Positions 1-8,399 are shown, numbered from the stretch's first letter. The stretch is 64,000 nt of DNA from a virus (IMGVR_UViG_3300010357_001332), one strand, 5' to 3'. Notes: generated from the sequence alone by a model not told the origin. Made by a program: numbers and translations.

Positions 1-1
1 G

Positions 2-1198
2 AAAACATATAAATACAGACTCTATCCTACATCCAATCAAATTGTTTTATTCGAAAAACATTTTGGTTGTGCTCGATTTGTCTATAATTGGGGATTACAA
101 ACAAAAATCGATGCTTATCAAAAAGAAAGTAAATCATTATCATTTTACTCTCTTATACCATTACTTGCAAAACTTAAAAGTGAACCTGGTAAAGAATGGT
201 TATATGAAGTTAATAGCCAATCTCTACAAAATTCTCTTTTTAATCTGGATAAAGCATTTACTAAATTCTTTCGAGATAAAAAAGGATTTCCTAAATTCAA
301 ATCTAAAAAGAATAATAGACAATCTTTCCAAATACCCCAAAATACTAAAATTGATTTCGAATCAAATAGAATCTCAGTACCGAAAATAAAAAGTATTAAA
401 GCTAAAATATCAAGAAAATTTGAAGGTAAAATAAAAACGTCTACTATTTCTAAAACTCCTACAGGTAAATTCTTTATTTCAATACTTGTTGAAACTCCTG
501 ATGATATACAATCTAAACCAAGTATAAAAGAAAATAAAACAATAGGAATAGATTTAGGACTTACACATCTTGCTATATTATCAAATGGAATTAAAATTGA
601 TTCACCAAAGTTTTTAAAGAAATCCTCTCATCGCTTAAAATTATTACAAAGGAGATTATCAAGAAAAGTAAAAGGATCTAACAATAGAAATAAATCTAGA
701 TTAAAAGTAGCTTTATTGCATGAAAAGATAGAAAACCAAAGATTAGATTTTCTACATAAATTAACATATTTTTTAACCCATGATAACCAAGTGGATACAA
801 TATGTTTAGAAAATCTTAATATTTCTGGAATGTTAAAAAACCATAAACTAGCATGTTCTATTTCAGATGCTTCTTGGAGTAAATTTATTGAGCTTTTGAA
901 ATACAAATGTGACTGGTATGGTAAAAATTTATTATTTATAGGTAGATTTGAACCTTCTTCAAAAATGTGTTCATGCGGAGCAATTAATCAGCTTCTTACA
1001 CTAGCAGATAGAAGTTGGATTTGTCCTTCATGTAAAACGTTAATTGAAGATAGAGACATACATGCTGCCTTAAATATTAAAAAATTTGCACTTCAAAAAC
1101 AAAATATAGTAGGGTGGGAATCACCCGAATTTACGCTTGCCAAATATGATTCTTTTATTGAATCAGGGCAAGAATCTTTTGCCTTTAGACAAAAGTAG
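2..1198 (+). CDS. tnpB: TnpB RNA-guided nuclease (IS200/IS605 family), start just upstream of window
   Basis: Frame from base 2 is open to 1198 (the ORF track shows only the C-terminus): KTYKYRLYP..HFGCARFVYN HTH, GFPKFKSK, RuvC GIDLG / CLENL / DRDIHAALNI, zinc finger SSKMCSCG..CPSC. Confidence 0.95.
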   Translation, partial: KTYKYRLYPTSNQIVLFEKHFGCARFVYNWGLQTKIDAYQKESKSLSFYSLIPLLAKLKSEPGKEWLYEVNSQSLQNSLFNLDKAFTKFFRDKKGFPKFKSKKNNRQSFQIPQNTKIDFESNRISVPKIKSIKAKISRKFEGKIKTSTISKTPTGKFFISILVETPDDIQSKPSIKENKTIGIDLGLTHLAILSNGIKIDSPKFLKKSSHRLKLLQRRLSRKVKGSNNRNKSRLKVALLHEKIENQRLDFLHKLTYFLTHDNQVDTICLENLNISGMLKNHKLACSISDASWSKFIELLKYKCDWYGKNLLFIGRFEPSSKMCSCGAINQLLTLADRSWICPSCKTLIEDRDIHAALNIKKFALQKQNIVGWESPEFTLAKYDSFIESGQESFAFRQK

Positions 1199-1203
1199 TT
1201 CAA
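1110..1203 (+). ncRNA. TnpB omegaRNA scaffold / IS right end
   Basis: Hairpins GGGTG..CACCC (1112-1126), TGATTC..GAATCA (1147-1165), CTTTTG..CAAAAG (1176-1195), then TAGTTCAA; typical IS605-group right end overlapping the tnpB 3' end; 5' boundary uncertain. Confidence 0.7.
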
Positions 1204-1937
1204 TAACTCCTATCTTCTGGTTTAACATAAGCCATTTGTAATCTATTAAATATCTCTTGCTCACTTGCGGATAAAAGCTTTATTCCCTCATGATTATATA
1301 AACCATTTTGATTCAGCTTCAGTGCGAACGATTTTGCTCTTCCTCTCATCATGATATTAAAATTTTGTGAGCCTGTAAGATATAGGAGACCTGCACCCCA
1401 TCCGTCAGGCTCTACTCCTCTAAAATTAATTGGAATGTTATTATGGATAATATCCATATTAACATTTCCTTTATTTACTATCTTGCAATCAAAAGCATTC
1501 GCAATTGATTCCCAATAATACATCTTATCTATTTCGAATAATATATCAATGTCACCTATATCCTTTCTTCCTCTTCTGTATGAGCCACAAATTTCAAACT
1601 TGATATTTAATTCTTTTGCTTTATCAAGTAAGTCTTGTATACGAAAAATTACTTCATCACGATCATATCGAATAGAATCTGATTTACCTGTTCTAGCAAT
1701 GCTAGAATGCAGTTTTACTTTCTCACCTTTAACTGTTTTAAATTCTTTATATTCTTTTATAATAGTACTAATAGATTCACCTACACCTCTAATAATTCTA
1801 AAATCAGAAAGAGAAGAGATATCAACTGGATAAGCAGCAATGGTTGAAGCTGCAGAATAGTAAGCTTGCTTTTTATATTTATGTTCTTCTTTTTGAGCAA
1901 GTAGTTTTAATATTTCACTTATCTCTTTATTGAACAC
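1200..1937 (-). CDS. polX: Minimal DNA polymerase X (pol beta-like)
   Basis: N-terminal 8-kDa/HhH (IRGVGESI), GSYRRG..GDIDIL, LLYLTGSQNFN, SEQEIF..YVKPEDR. Confidence 0.9.
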   Translation of the reverse strand: MFNKEISEILKLLAQKEEHKYKKQAYYSAASTIAAYPVDISSLSDFRIIRGVGESISTIIKEYKEFKTVKGEKVKLHSSIARTGKSDSIRYDRDEVIFRIQDLLDKAKELNIKFEICGSYRRGRKDIGDIDILFEIDKMYYWESIANAFDCKIVNKGNVNMDIIHNNIPINFRGVEPDGWGAGLLYLTGSQNFNIMMRGRAKSFALKLNQNGLYNHEGIKLLSASEQEIFNRLQMAYVKPEDRSY

Positions 1938-1946
1938 TTCATTCTC

Positions 1947-2192
1947 CTAGAAAGGAATAATCACTTTTTCTTTTATTAATTTCTTAAGTAAATTGATACC
2001 TTCTGACGTATGATATTGTATAAATGCACTATGATCTTTTGTGTCATAACAAATTGTATTAATAGAGTTTTTTCTATCTATCTTAAATACTTGACCCTTC
2101 TTCTGGGTTAGATACGCTAAAGGAATGTAGCATGATCTAGCTTTTGGAAATTCATAATCCTTAGTTAAAATAAATCTTTTCGGAAACTTCAT
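1947..2192 (-). CDS. small hypothetical, family A (divergent)
   Basis: C-term LKKLIKEKVIIPF. Confidence 0.6.
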   Translation of the reverse strand: MKFPKRFILTKDYEFPKARSCYIPLAYLTQKKGQVFKIDRKNSINTICYDTKDHSAFIQYHTSEGINLLKKLIKEKVIIPF

Positions 2193-2433
2193 ATCTTATT
2201 ACCATCTTTATCACAGAAGAAAAGTAAATTCTCTTTAAGCATCTTTCTAAAATCAGAAGAATAAATAAATTGACTACAGTGTGCATTGCAAGATAAAAAT
2301 ATTAACTCTGACTGCGGAGTAGAAGAATCTGCTGTATTTGGGACAACAAGATAAATATATTGTGGATTTAATGAAAAGTAACTTCAGCTTTAGGTCTTCT
2401 CCAGTTAATATGGTTACGAGGTTTAATATACAT
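2189..2433 (-). pseudogene. frameshifted family A paralog
   Basis: Starts MYIKPRNHI (cf. MYIKPYHMI next door); after a 1-nt loss in the T run at ~2374-2377 the other frame ends SDFRKMLKENLLFFCDKDGNKI*. Confidence 0.7.
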
Positions 2434-2657
2434 TAAAGTTTATCTCCTTTTTTGGAGCAAAAATAAATAAGATTCTCTTTAATTAATCTTCTAAAATCTT
2501 TAACTGAAATACTCTGGCCATATCCTAGTGTTAAGCTCTGTAATCGAACTCTGTCATTCCAATGACAAGATACTTCATAAGCATCTACATATAAAGTAAA
2601 TCCTATTTCATAATCTCCTGTTTTGGTTGCTATCATATGATAAGGTTTAATATACAT
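2433..2657 (-). CDS. small hypothetical, family A
   Basis: DFRRLIKENLIYF; TAATG overlaps. Confidence 0.75.
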   Translation of the reverse strand: MYIKPYHMIATKTGDYEIGFTLYVDAYEVSCHWNDRVRLQSLTLGYGQSISVKDFRRLIKENLIYFCSKKGDKL

Positions 2658-2893
2658 TATATTAAATCACCATTTTCGTCACAAATACCAAGTATATTCT
2701 TTTTGATTAGTTCTCTAAAATCAGATACGGTAACATATTGTTTCTTAGATCTATCTAAACTTATTAGAATCAAGCAAGGTGCATCATGATAATCAGAAGT
2801 ATTAATAACTTCATAAATAATATTACCATGTAAAGTAAAAGATAAATTTCCACCAAAAGAAATTTTTTGATTATCAGTTAATTTAACAACCAT
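2657..2893 (-). CDS. small hypothetical, family A
   Basis: DFRELIKKNILGI. Confidence 0.75.
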   Translation of the reverse strand: MVVKLTDNQKISFGGNLSFTLHGNIIYEVINTSDYHDAPCLILISLDRSKKQYVTVSDFRELIKKNILGICDENGDLI

Positions 2894-2915
2894 ATATTAT
2901 CCTAAATATCTAATG

Positions 2916-3001
2916 TGCCCAGAGCGGGAATTGAACCCGCATGACTTCAACAGTCGAGGGATTTTAAGTCCCTTGTGTCTACCAGATTCCACCATCTGGG
3001 C
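2916..3001 (-). tRNA. tRNA-Leu(TAA)
   Basis: GCCCAGA/TCTGGGC acceptor stem, AGGGA-CTTAAAA-TCCCT anticodon arm, long variable arm, GGTTCAATTCC T arm; CCA not encoded. Confidence 0.95.
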
Positions 3002-3008
3002 TAATTTA

Positions 3009-3224
3009 CTACTCTATAACTACTGAAATAATCTTTTGTTTTAAAAAATCTCTAAACTCATTTCTAGTTATTACTATGCATGAACCTCCTACTTGTGATA
3101 AGCAAACATTTAAATTATTTAACTCCCCGTAAACATCTACATTAAGAATATTTCCTTGATAAGTTTTTGTATCTTGAAATATTAAAGGAAGTTCCCTACT
3201 TGGTTTATTAACTTTAACTTTCAT
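3009..3224 (-). CDS. small hypothetical, family A
   Basis: EFRDFLKQKIISVV. Confidence 0.75.
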   Translation of the reverse strand: MKVKVNKPSRELPLIFQDTKTYQGNILNVDVYGELNNLNVCLSQVGGSCIVITRNEFRDFLKQKIISVVIE

Positions 3225-3447
3225 CTTTAACTATTTCTATTATTTTATTTCTTAATAATTCTTTAAATGCTTCTCTTGATATAATGTATCCATGATTATC
3301 AGTACCACAAATTGTTAGATATGTATCTGGAAACAATCTGTTTGGTGAATAGTTTAAATGATTTTTCCAGAGATCAATTTTGCAGGTATCATTAATAGAA
3401 AAGTATTCTGTATTACTATCTGTGTTATTTAATATTCTAACTTTCAT
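3214..3447 (-). CDS. small hypothetical, family A (WKxH subgroup)
   Basis: LWKNH..AFKELLRNKIIEIV. Confidence 0.75.
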   Translation of the reverse strand: MKVRILNNTDSNTEYFSINDTCKIDLWKNHLNYSPNRLFPDTYLTICGTDNHGYIISREAFKELLRNKIIEIVKDES

Positions 3448-3676
3448 TTATGTTGGATCTCACTACTCTAAAAATACCAGATCTTAGACAAAATCTAAAA
3501 GATATTTTATCTAATATAATACCCTTACCGCCTATCTTATGTAATAGTACATTATGTATATGTGTTTCTCCATATCCTTTCCAAGGAGAAACTTCCAATA
3601 CATCTCCTGGTCTAAAGTTTTTATATCTCCATGCAAAAGGAAGATCCTCTTCTTCTATTAAGAGTTGAACTTGCAT
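3437..3676 (-). CDS. small hypothetical, family A
   Basis: SFRFCLRSGIFRVV; start moved to MQVQ. Confidence 0.7.
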   Translation of the reverse strand: MQVQLLIEEEDLPFAWRYKNFRPGDVLEVSPWKGYGETHIHNVLLHKIGGKGIILDKISFRFCLRSGIFRVVRSNINES

Positions 3677-3677
3677 T

Positions 3678-3926
3678 TCATTGCCCAAATTCTTTTTTAC
3701 TATCAAGAATTTCTATATACTCTCCAAGTAATAATTTTCTATAATTATGTTTTGAAATAAAGTAACCATGTTCGTTAATTGGGCATATAATTAATCTATT
3801 AGATGTATCATGTGAACTTGTATTCTTGGGGTGATCTTTCCAATATCTAATTTCTAGAATATCTCCAGGTACCCAATTTTTTGTATCAGAAATAAATGGA
3901 ATTGGTTTAAGTAATTTAATCTTCAT
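3678..3926 (-). CDS. small hypothetical, family A (WKDHP subgroup)
   Basis: YWKDHP..YRKLLLGEYIEIL. Confidence 0.75.
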   Translation of the reverse strand: MKIKLLKPIPFISDTKNWVPGDILEIRYWKDHPKNTSSHDTSNRLIICPINEHGYFISKHNYRKLLLGEYIEILDSKKEFGQ

Positions 3927-4152
3927 ATATTAGTTCTATATAATTATTTCTAAGTAAATCTTTGAACTGTTCTCTGGTTAGAAAGTTTCCACTTTGATTT
4001 AAATCTTGTCGACAAATTGTAAGAATGTCTTTTTGACGAGAGCTTCTTTCTGACCACATTGGGTGATCTTTCCAAAGGAGTAACACAGTTATCTCATTTA
4101 CTTGAAACATTTTAAGCTTGTCATGTGAGTTATTTATAATTCTGCATTTCAT
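3916..4152 (-). CDS. small hypothetical, family A (WKDHP subgroup)
   Basis: LWKDHP..FKDLLRNNYIELI. Confidence 0.75.
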   Translation of the reverse strand: MKCRIINNSHDKLKMFQVNEITVLLLWKDHPMWSERSSRQKDILTICRQDLNQSGNFLTREQFKDLLRNNYIELIYED

Positions 4153-4388
4153 TGTATATCTTCTTCTATTATTTTAATTTTATGTTCTCTTAAAAGTTTC
4201 TTAAATATTTTTCTATCTATAAACCAACCTGTGTTTTGCATATCTTTACACAAGATCAAAGTATCCGATTCTCTGGGACCTCCGATACGATAATGGGAAT
4301 GATGTTTATATAAACAAATTTCAGCAGTAGTACCTTCTTTCCATATCTTACTCCATATCTCAAAACTTTTAAGTATAAAAATTTTCAT
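4149..4388 (-). CDS. small hypothetical, family A
   Basis: LYKHH..FKKLLREHKIKII. Confidence 0.75.
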   Translation of the reverse strand: MKIFILKSFEIWSKIWKEGTTAEICLYKHHSHYRIGGPRESDTLILCKDMQNTGWFIDRKIFKKLLREHKIKIIEEDIQ

Positions 4389-4391
4389 AAG

Positions 4392-4610
4392 TTATATCTC
4401 TTTTTTAAAAGGAAGAATAGCGTTATCCTTAATATGAAAATTTAGACTTTCTTTGGATGTATAAATAAATCTCTTTCTATTTACTACTGATCGTAATATA
4501 AAGTTTGTATAAGACTTAGTGTATGATACTGTTACAACCTCTCCTCTTTTGAATTGAGTTGTATAAGACCGAATAGAATTGTCTTTCACGATTATAACGT
4601 AAACTTTCAA
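4392..4610 (-). CDS. small hypothetical, family A (divergent)
   Basis: KRGEVVTV..LNFHIKDNAILPF. Confidence 0.6.
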   Translation of the reverse strand: MKVYVIIVKDNSIRSYTTQFKRGEVVTVSYTKSYTNFILRSVVNRKRFIYTSKESLNFHIKDNAILPFKKEI

Positions 4611-4873
4611 ATGTCAAATCCTTGCCTTTGTACCTCTTCTTCGATTACACGAAAGGGTGGTTTAATATCTGTTGTTATTATGTTGTCTAAGAATTGATCA
4701 GAATAAGATGCTAACTTATAATGATCTTCGAATAATTTTTTTTTCAAATCTGTTCTGTTGCATATATGAAATAGTAATCTTAACTCTTCTATTGATTCAC
4801 AATAGAAAGATACAATAACTGATTGAAATTCTTGTTCTTCTTCCTTCTCTTTTCTTGTAAGAAAAAATTTCAT
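4607..4873 (-). CDS. hypothetical protein
   Basis: Tightly packed minus-strand ORF. Confidence 0.6.
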   Translation of the reverse strand: MKFFLTRKEKEEEQEFQSVIVSFYCESIEELRLLFHICNRTDLKKKLFEDHYKLASYSDQFLDNIITTDIKPPFRVIEEEVQRQGFDI

Positions 4874-4875
4874 AG

Positions 4876-5100
4876 TTAATTATCCTGATTTAATATAATT
4901 TGTTTTTCAACTTCAGATATACCTATTAATTCTACCTGGCTTTCTAGAATACCGTAACGATAAGATTTACCATCCCAATTGTCTGGCTGAAATCTTATAT
5001 AAGAATCAGACGCATATTCGCAAACAATACCAGTAACACCCTTTTTTATCCATTCATTTTTTAAAGTTCTAACTCTATCACCTATTTTAAACTTATGCAT
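4876..5100 (-). CDS. KOW/SH3-like small protein with QIILNQ tag
   Basis: FKIGDRVR..; ends EKQIILNQDN*. Confidence 0.75.
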   Translation of the reverse strand: MHKFKIGDRVRTLKNEWIKKGVTGIVCEYASDSYIRFQPDNWDGKSYRYGILESQVELIGISEVEKQIILNQDN

Positions 5101-5102
5101 AG

Positions 5103-5396
5103 TTAGTTGTTCTGATTTAGGATAATTTGCTTCTCATCGTTATAAGATATACAATTTATAGGAATAGTTTCTACTGGATTACCTTCAATCAAATCTAAAC
5201 TGTTAGGTGAAAAGTTAGCAGTATATCTTTGCTGAAATATATAAGCTTCTCTTTCAAAAACAACAACAATAAGAAACTTATCCCTACATCCTCTATAATA
5301 ACTTTGAATGTCAAGAATTGTACCTACCTTACCACGAAGATTATGTTGAGTAGATCTTCTATTAACTCTAACCTTATCACCCACATTAAATTTCAT
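5103..5396 (-). CDS. KOW/SH3-like small protein with QIILNQ tag
   Basis: FNVGDKVRV..GKVGTI; ends DEKQIILNQNN*. Confidence 0.75.
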   Translation of the reverse strand: MKFNVGDKVRVNRRSTQHNLRGKVGTILDIQSYYRGCRDKFLIVVVFEREAYIFQQRYTANFSPNSLDLIEGNPVETIPINCISYNDEKQIILNQNN

Positions 5397-5397
5397 A

Positions 5398-5607
5398 TTA
5401 GATATCCTGATTAAGAGTTATTTTCTTTTCTTCAATCAAAATTGAATTGAAGTTTAATTGATCAATTGATTGTAAATCTTTTTCTGAGCATTGTTTTCTA
5501 CAGGAAGGGTCTGTTTCCTTCACACAAATAAACCATTTCTGTTTACACCCGTGCCATATTTGATAGTCAATATTCAATATCTCTTTAGGAGTTTCTTCTT
5601 TAAACAC
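5398..5607 (-). CDS. small protein with QIILNQ-type tag (possibly truncated; in-frame ATG at 5628 separated by TGA at 5608-5610)
   Basis: Ends EEKKITLNQDI*. Confidence 0.6.
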   Translation of the reverse strand: MFKEETPKEILNIDYQIWHGCKQKWFICVKETDPSCRKQCSEKDLQSIDQLNFNSILIEEKKITLNQDI

Positions 5608-5629
5608 TCAAACACTATCTTTTTTCATT

Positions 5630-5887
5630 TCAAACATCCTGATTAAGAATTATTTGTGATTCATCAAGAACATAACTCAAACATATTAACCCAACATGCC
5701 TAATAGGAATGACAAAAGAATTTTCTTTTAGAGTAATAGCTGGTATATTTCCATATAATCGAATAACTGCTTTAATAGTAAATATTTTATCTATTAAACC
5801 ATACATCTTTCCATCCCAGCTATATCTTACAATATCATCTTCTAGTGAAGAACAAACCCTTACTTTATCGCCAATCTTAAGATCCAT
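5630..5887 (-). CDS. KOW/SH3-like small protein with QIILNQ tag
   Basis: LKIGDKVRV..; ends DESQIILNQDV*. Confidence 0.75.
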   Translation of the reverse strand: MDLKIGDKVRVCSSLEDDIVRYSWDGKMYGLIDKIFTIKAVIRLYGNIPAITLKENSFVIPIRHVGLICLSYVLDESQIILNQDV

Positions 5888-5930
5888 TATATTTAATCCC
5901 TCTTTTGTGATTTAATTGATGTATTTATAA

Positions 5931-5960
5931 AAGATCTGCTACAGACATGCAGCAGATCTT
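5931..5960 (-). terminator. hairpin downstream of 6001..6330
   Basis: AAGATCTGCT..AGCAGATCTT perfect 10-bp stem. Confidence 0.5.
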
Positions 5961-6000
5961 GAGATAAATAAACCTAAATTAAACTCTGTTAATACTTCCG

Positions 6001-6330
6001 TTACTTCATCTCTTCGCCGAACATGAAGACGTATTCTTTCTTGATCTTTGCCTGCATTTCGGTCAAGCGCTCGATCATGCGCTGAGCTTCGATAACATTG
6101 TTCACATTGTAGTCTTTGAAGTTCAGTCTTTCTTTTTCAATGATAGCTTCCTGATCGATTTTTTTGTTTTCTGCATCATCGTAAGCAGCGGACATCTTGC
6201 GTTGAATGGCTTTGCGAATTTGCGGCTTCTTCGCCGCTTCCAGCACTTCTTTCGCAGCACCGAAAAATTTGTCGAAAAAACATCCTTCTCCTTCTGCTAC
6301 TTCAGTGATTTCTTTTTCGTCTTTTGCCAT
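6001..6330 (-). CDS. hypothetical helical protein, higher-GC codon usage
   Basis: AGGAGG RBS; many C/G-ending codons. Confidence 0.75.
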   Translation of the reverse strand: MAKDEKEITEVAEGEGCFFDKFFGAAKEVLEAAKKPQIRKAIQRKMSAAYDDAENKKIDQEAIIEKERLNFKDYNVNNVIEAQRMIERLTEMQAKIKKEYVFMFGEEMK

Positions 6331-6350
6331 ATTAATGGCCTCCTTTATAT

Positions 6351-6599
6351 TTAGTTTTGATTTAATATTATTTGTTCTTCTTCTAAAAAGAACGTTGTTT
6401 GTAGAGTTCTGATTCTCTCAAGCTCCTTAATAGCATATTCTTTTATCTGATCTGTTGAGAGTAAGTTGCGTGTAACAAAATTAAAACAAGGATGCTTATC
6501 AAGGAGATGTTCGCAATGAGTATCGCAATTAATCCCCCAACAACTTCCGTTTTGGGAAATAAGTTCTTCTAAAAGATTTTCTTTGCTTATAATCTTCAT
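6351..6599 (-). CDS. Cys-rich family C protein with QIILNQ tag
   Basis: QNGSCWGINCDTHC..PC; ends EEQIILNQN*. Confidence 0.75.
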   Translation of the reverse strand: MKIISKENLLEELISQNGSCWGINCDTHCEHLLDKHPCFNFVTRNLLSTDQIKEYAIKELERIRTLQTTFFLEEEQIILNQN

Positions 6600-6601
6600 A
6601 T

Positions 6602-7237
6602 TTAACTCTCTATCTTGATTGATGAAGCAACTCTTTCGAAGTATTCAAGAATTTTTCTCCCTTCTTCATCCTGAAGCAATGCTTTCTTCAACAGAGCTGC
6701 ACGAAGCTTTCTTGCTTGCTTAGGTAATTCCTTTATTTCTTTTTCAAGAGAAGAGATCTTTCCATATAATGATGTTTTTTTCTTGTACACTTCATCATTA
6801 TATTTTTCAATTTTAACTTGAAGTGGTTTGGAATAAGATATCCAAATACGTATTTCAGGGACATAGTCACCTGAAATATTTTTACCATCTTTTAGCATTG
6901 ATCGAACTTTTATTCCCTGATGATATCCAGTATCAATTCGAAATTCAACATTTTCTTGTTTAGCACCGAGGATTTCAAAACATTTGATATGCTTTTCTTT
7001 CATTTCATTTATTTCTTTCTTTAGAAGATCTTGGATAAAAGCATCTACAGAGGCTTTTTCTACTTCTTCCAATTCTACGTTTGCTTCTTTTAACTGCTTC
7101 TCTAAAATCTCTTCCTTCTCAAGAATCATTAAGTCAATAAGTTCTTTTTTATCGACAGTAACTGTATTATCTATGATGAGTGAAGGAGCACCTTTTTGTA
7201 TAACTTCGAGATCTTTCGAAACGTTTTTCTTTGTCAT
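6602..7237 (-). CDS. hypothetical coiled-coil protein
   Basis: 211 aa, GGAG RBS, E/K-rich heptads. Confidence 0.75.
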   Translation of the reverse strand: MTKKNVSKDLEVIQKGAPSLIIDNTVTVDKKELIDLMILEKEEILEKQLKEANVELEEVEKASVDAFIQDLLKKEINEMKEKHIKCFEILGAKQENVEFRIDTGYHQGIKVRSMLKDGKNISGDYVPEIRIWISYSKPLQVKIEKYNDEVYKKKTSLYGKISSLEKEIKELPKQARKLRAALLKKALLQDEEGRKILEYFERVASSIKIES

Positions 7238-7331
7238 TTTATTTCTCCTATTTGTAAATTATAAATTACGTGTATTTCTCTATAAAAATTCTTTTATATT
7301 ATTCTTGAATTTCAGTAGGAACGAATTTCTC

Positions 7332-7607
7332 CTATATCTCCTGATTTAAAATAATCTGTTGTTCATCTGCTATCGAACATATTGCTGCAGGCAAAGGTTT
7401 TGTTGTAACCATACAACTCGAAATTGCCCAAAGCTTTCCATTTTTTGGATTTGTAACATGTCCTGTTCCATCGTAAGGTTGACCAAATAGATAATCCATT
7501 CCGCCACCCACCTTAGGATCTGAGACCCAATGTAAATGTACTTTAGTTCTCCAGTCCTCACCGAATTCTTTTTCAAATTCCTCTTTAGTTTTAAATCTTA
7601 AATTCAT
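7332..7607 (-). CDS. small protein with QIILNQ tag
   Basis: RFKTKEEFEKEFG..MDYLFG; ends DEQQIILNQEI*. Confidence 0.75.
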   Translation of the reverse strand: MNLRFKTKEEFEKEFGEDWRTKVHLHWVSDPKVGGGMDYLFGQPYDGTGHVTNPKNGKLWAISSCMVTTKPLPAAICSIADEQQIILNQEI

Positions 7608-7619
7608 ATAAGTACCTCA

Positions 7620-8392
7620 GCTAATAATAATGGTTTATTTCCTACAACTCCACCCAACCATAAAGTCCTTTCACTAGAGCGGGGCATTCGTCTCAATAAC
7701 AGTTTTGGGCAAAGCAGGAATCGAACCTGCGATGATAGAATTTGACGGTTCTGTTGCAATCCAGTATCTATCTCACGCTTAGCGTTTACCACTTCGCCAT
7801 TTGCCCATAACGCCGGCTTCTCACCGGCAAGGGCGTTGATACTAATGAATAAGATTAGTATCACTCCTCGAGCCACAATGCCTTTTGTGGGGAGTTTATA
7901 TAAGGAGCAAAGCTCCTGTGCTACTTTACGTTCCTGTGAGGAAGACATCGCACGCTTCCAAGCCGCCAGGATAATTTACAAAACGCATCATCCTTCCACC
8001 CCTTGCGCCTTCCAGTTGGACCTACGGCACTATTATTTTGCGGGGATTGAGTTAGGGGACTCTCTACTTTAGGTTGTCTCTCCTAAAGCCTCATGCTATT
8101 GTTCAGGCAAATAGCAAGGATTTATCGACAACTAAGTGGTACTCCCGTTAGTCCGTCAGTCAGTCAATTAAGGGCTTTCAATGGGTGTGACAACCCCTTG
8201 CAAAGTTATCCCTAACTACTACCACCGATGTCCGGTTTTGAACTCGCCCAAAGTTCCTTTCCAATTTACTTCCATCAAGGAATATAAATAAGAAGGCATG
8301 GTAACATAGCTGTCGTCCCCTTGCCTCAAATGCAAGGGGAATGGTGTAAAAGAACAGATATATTTATATTTAAGTTAAATATAAATATATAT
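7620..8392 (-). ncRNA. large structured non-coding RNA candidate (GOLLD/ROOL-class-like), boundaries approximate
   Basis: GC-enriched gap in the gene array with >10 hairpins and a long-range helix, directly downstream of the promoter at 8400-8428. Confidence 0.65.
7706..7806 (-). ncRNA. tRNA-like element with non-canonical anticodon region
   Basis: GGGCAAA/TTTGCCC-A acceptor, TGGCGAAGTGGTAAACGC D arm, GCAGG-TTCGATT-CCTGC T arm; the ~50 nt centre lacks a 5-bp/7-nt anticodon arm. Confidence 0.75.
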
Positions 8393-8399
8393 TTATAAT

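Noticed and set aside
42..906. ORFs 42..389 (+) and 628..906 (-)
   Set aside because: Shadow frames of the continuous tnpB frame 2..1198
4876..7607. QIILNQ tag as a by-product of an overlapping Shine-Dalgarno (AATCAGGA)
   Set aside because: Six of the ten tags lack AGGA in the NQx codons yet keep LNQ
7604..8072. ORFs 7604..7948 (-) and 7836..8072 (+)
   Set aside because: They run through the tRNA-like element and hairpins, have atypical composition and no convincing RBS; better explained as ncRNA
7620..8392. tmRNA, RNase P RNA or group I/II intron identity for the structured region
   Set aside because: Both acceptor halves lie within 101 nt (not tmRNA-like); no GAGGAAAGTCC RNase P signature; no recognisable group II domain V or group I P7 motifs; no interrupted gene
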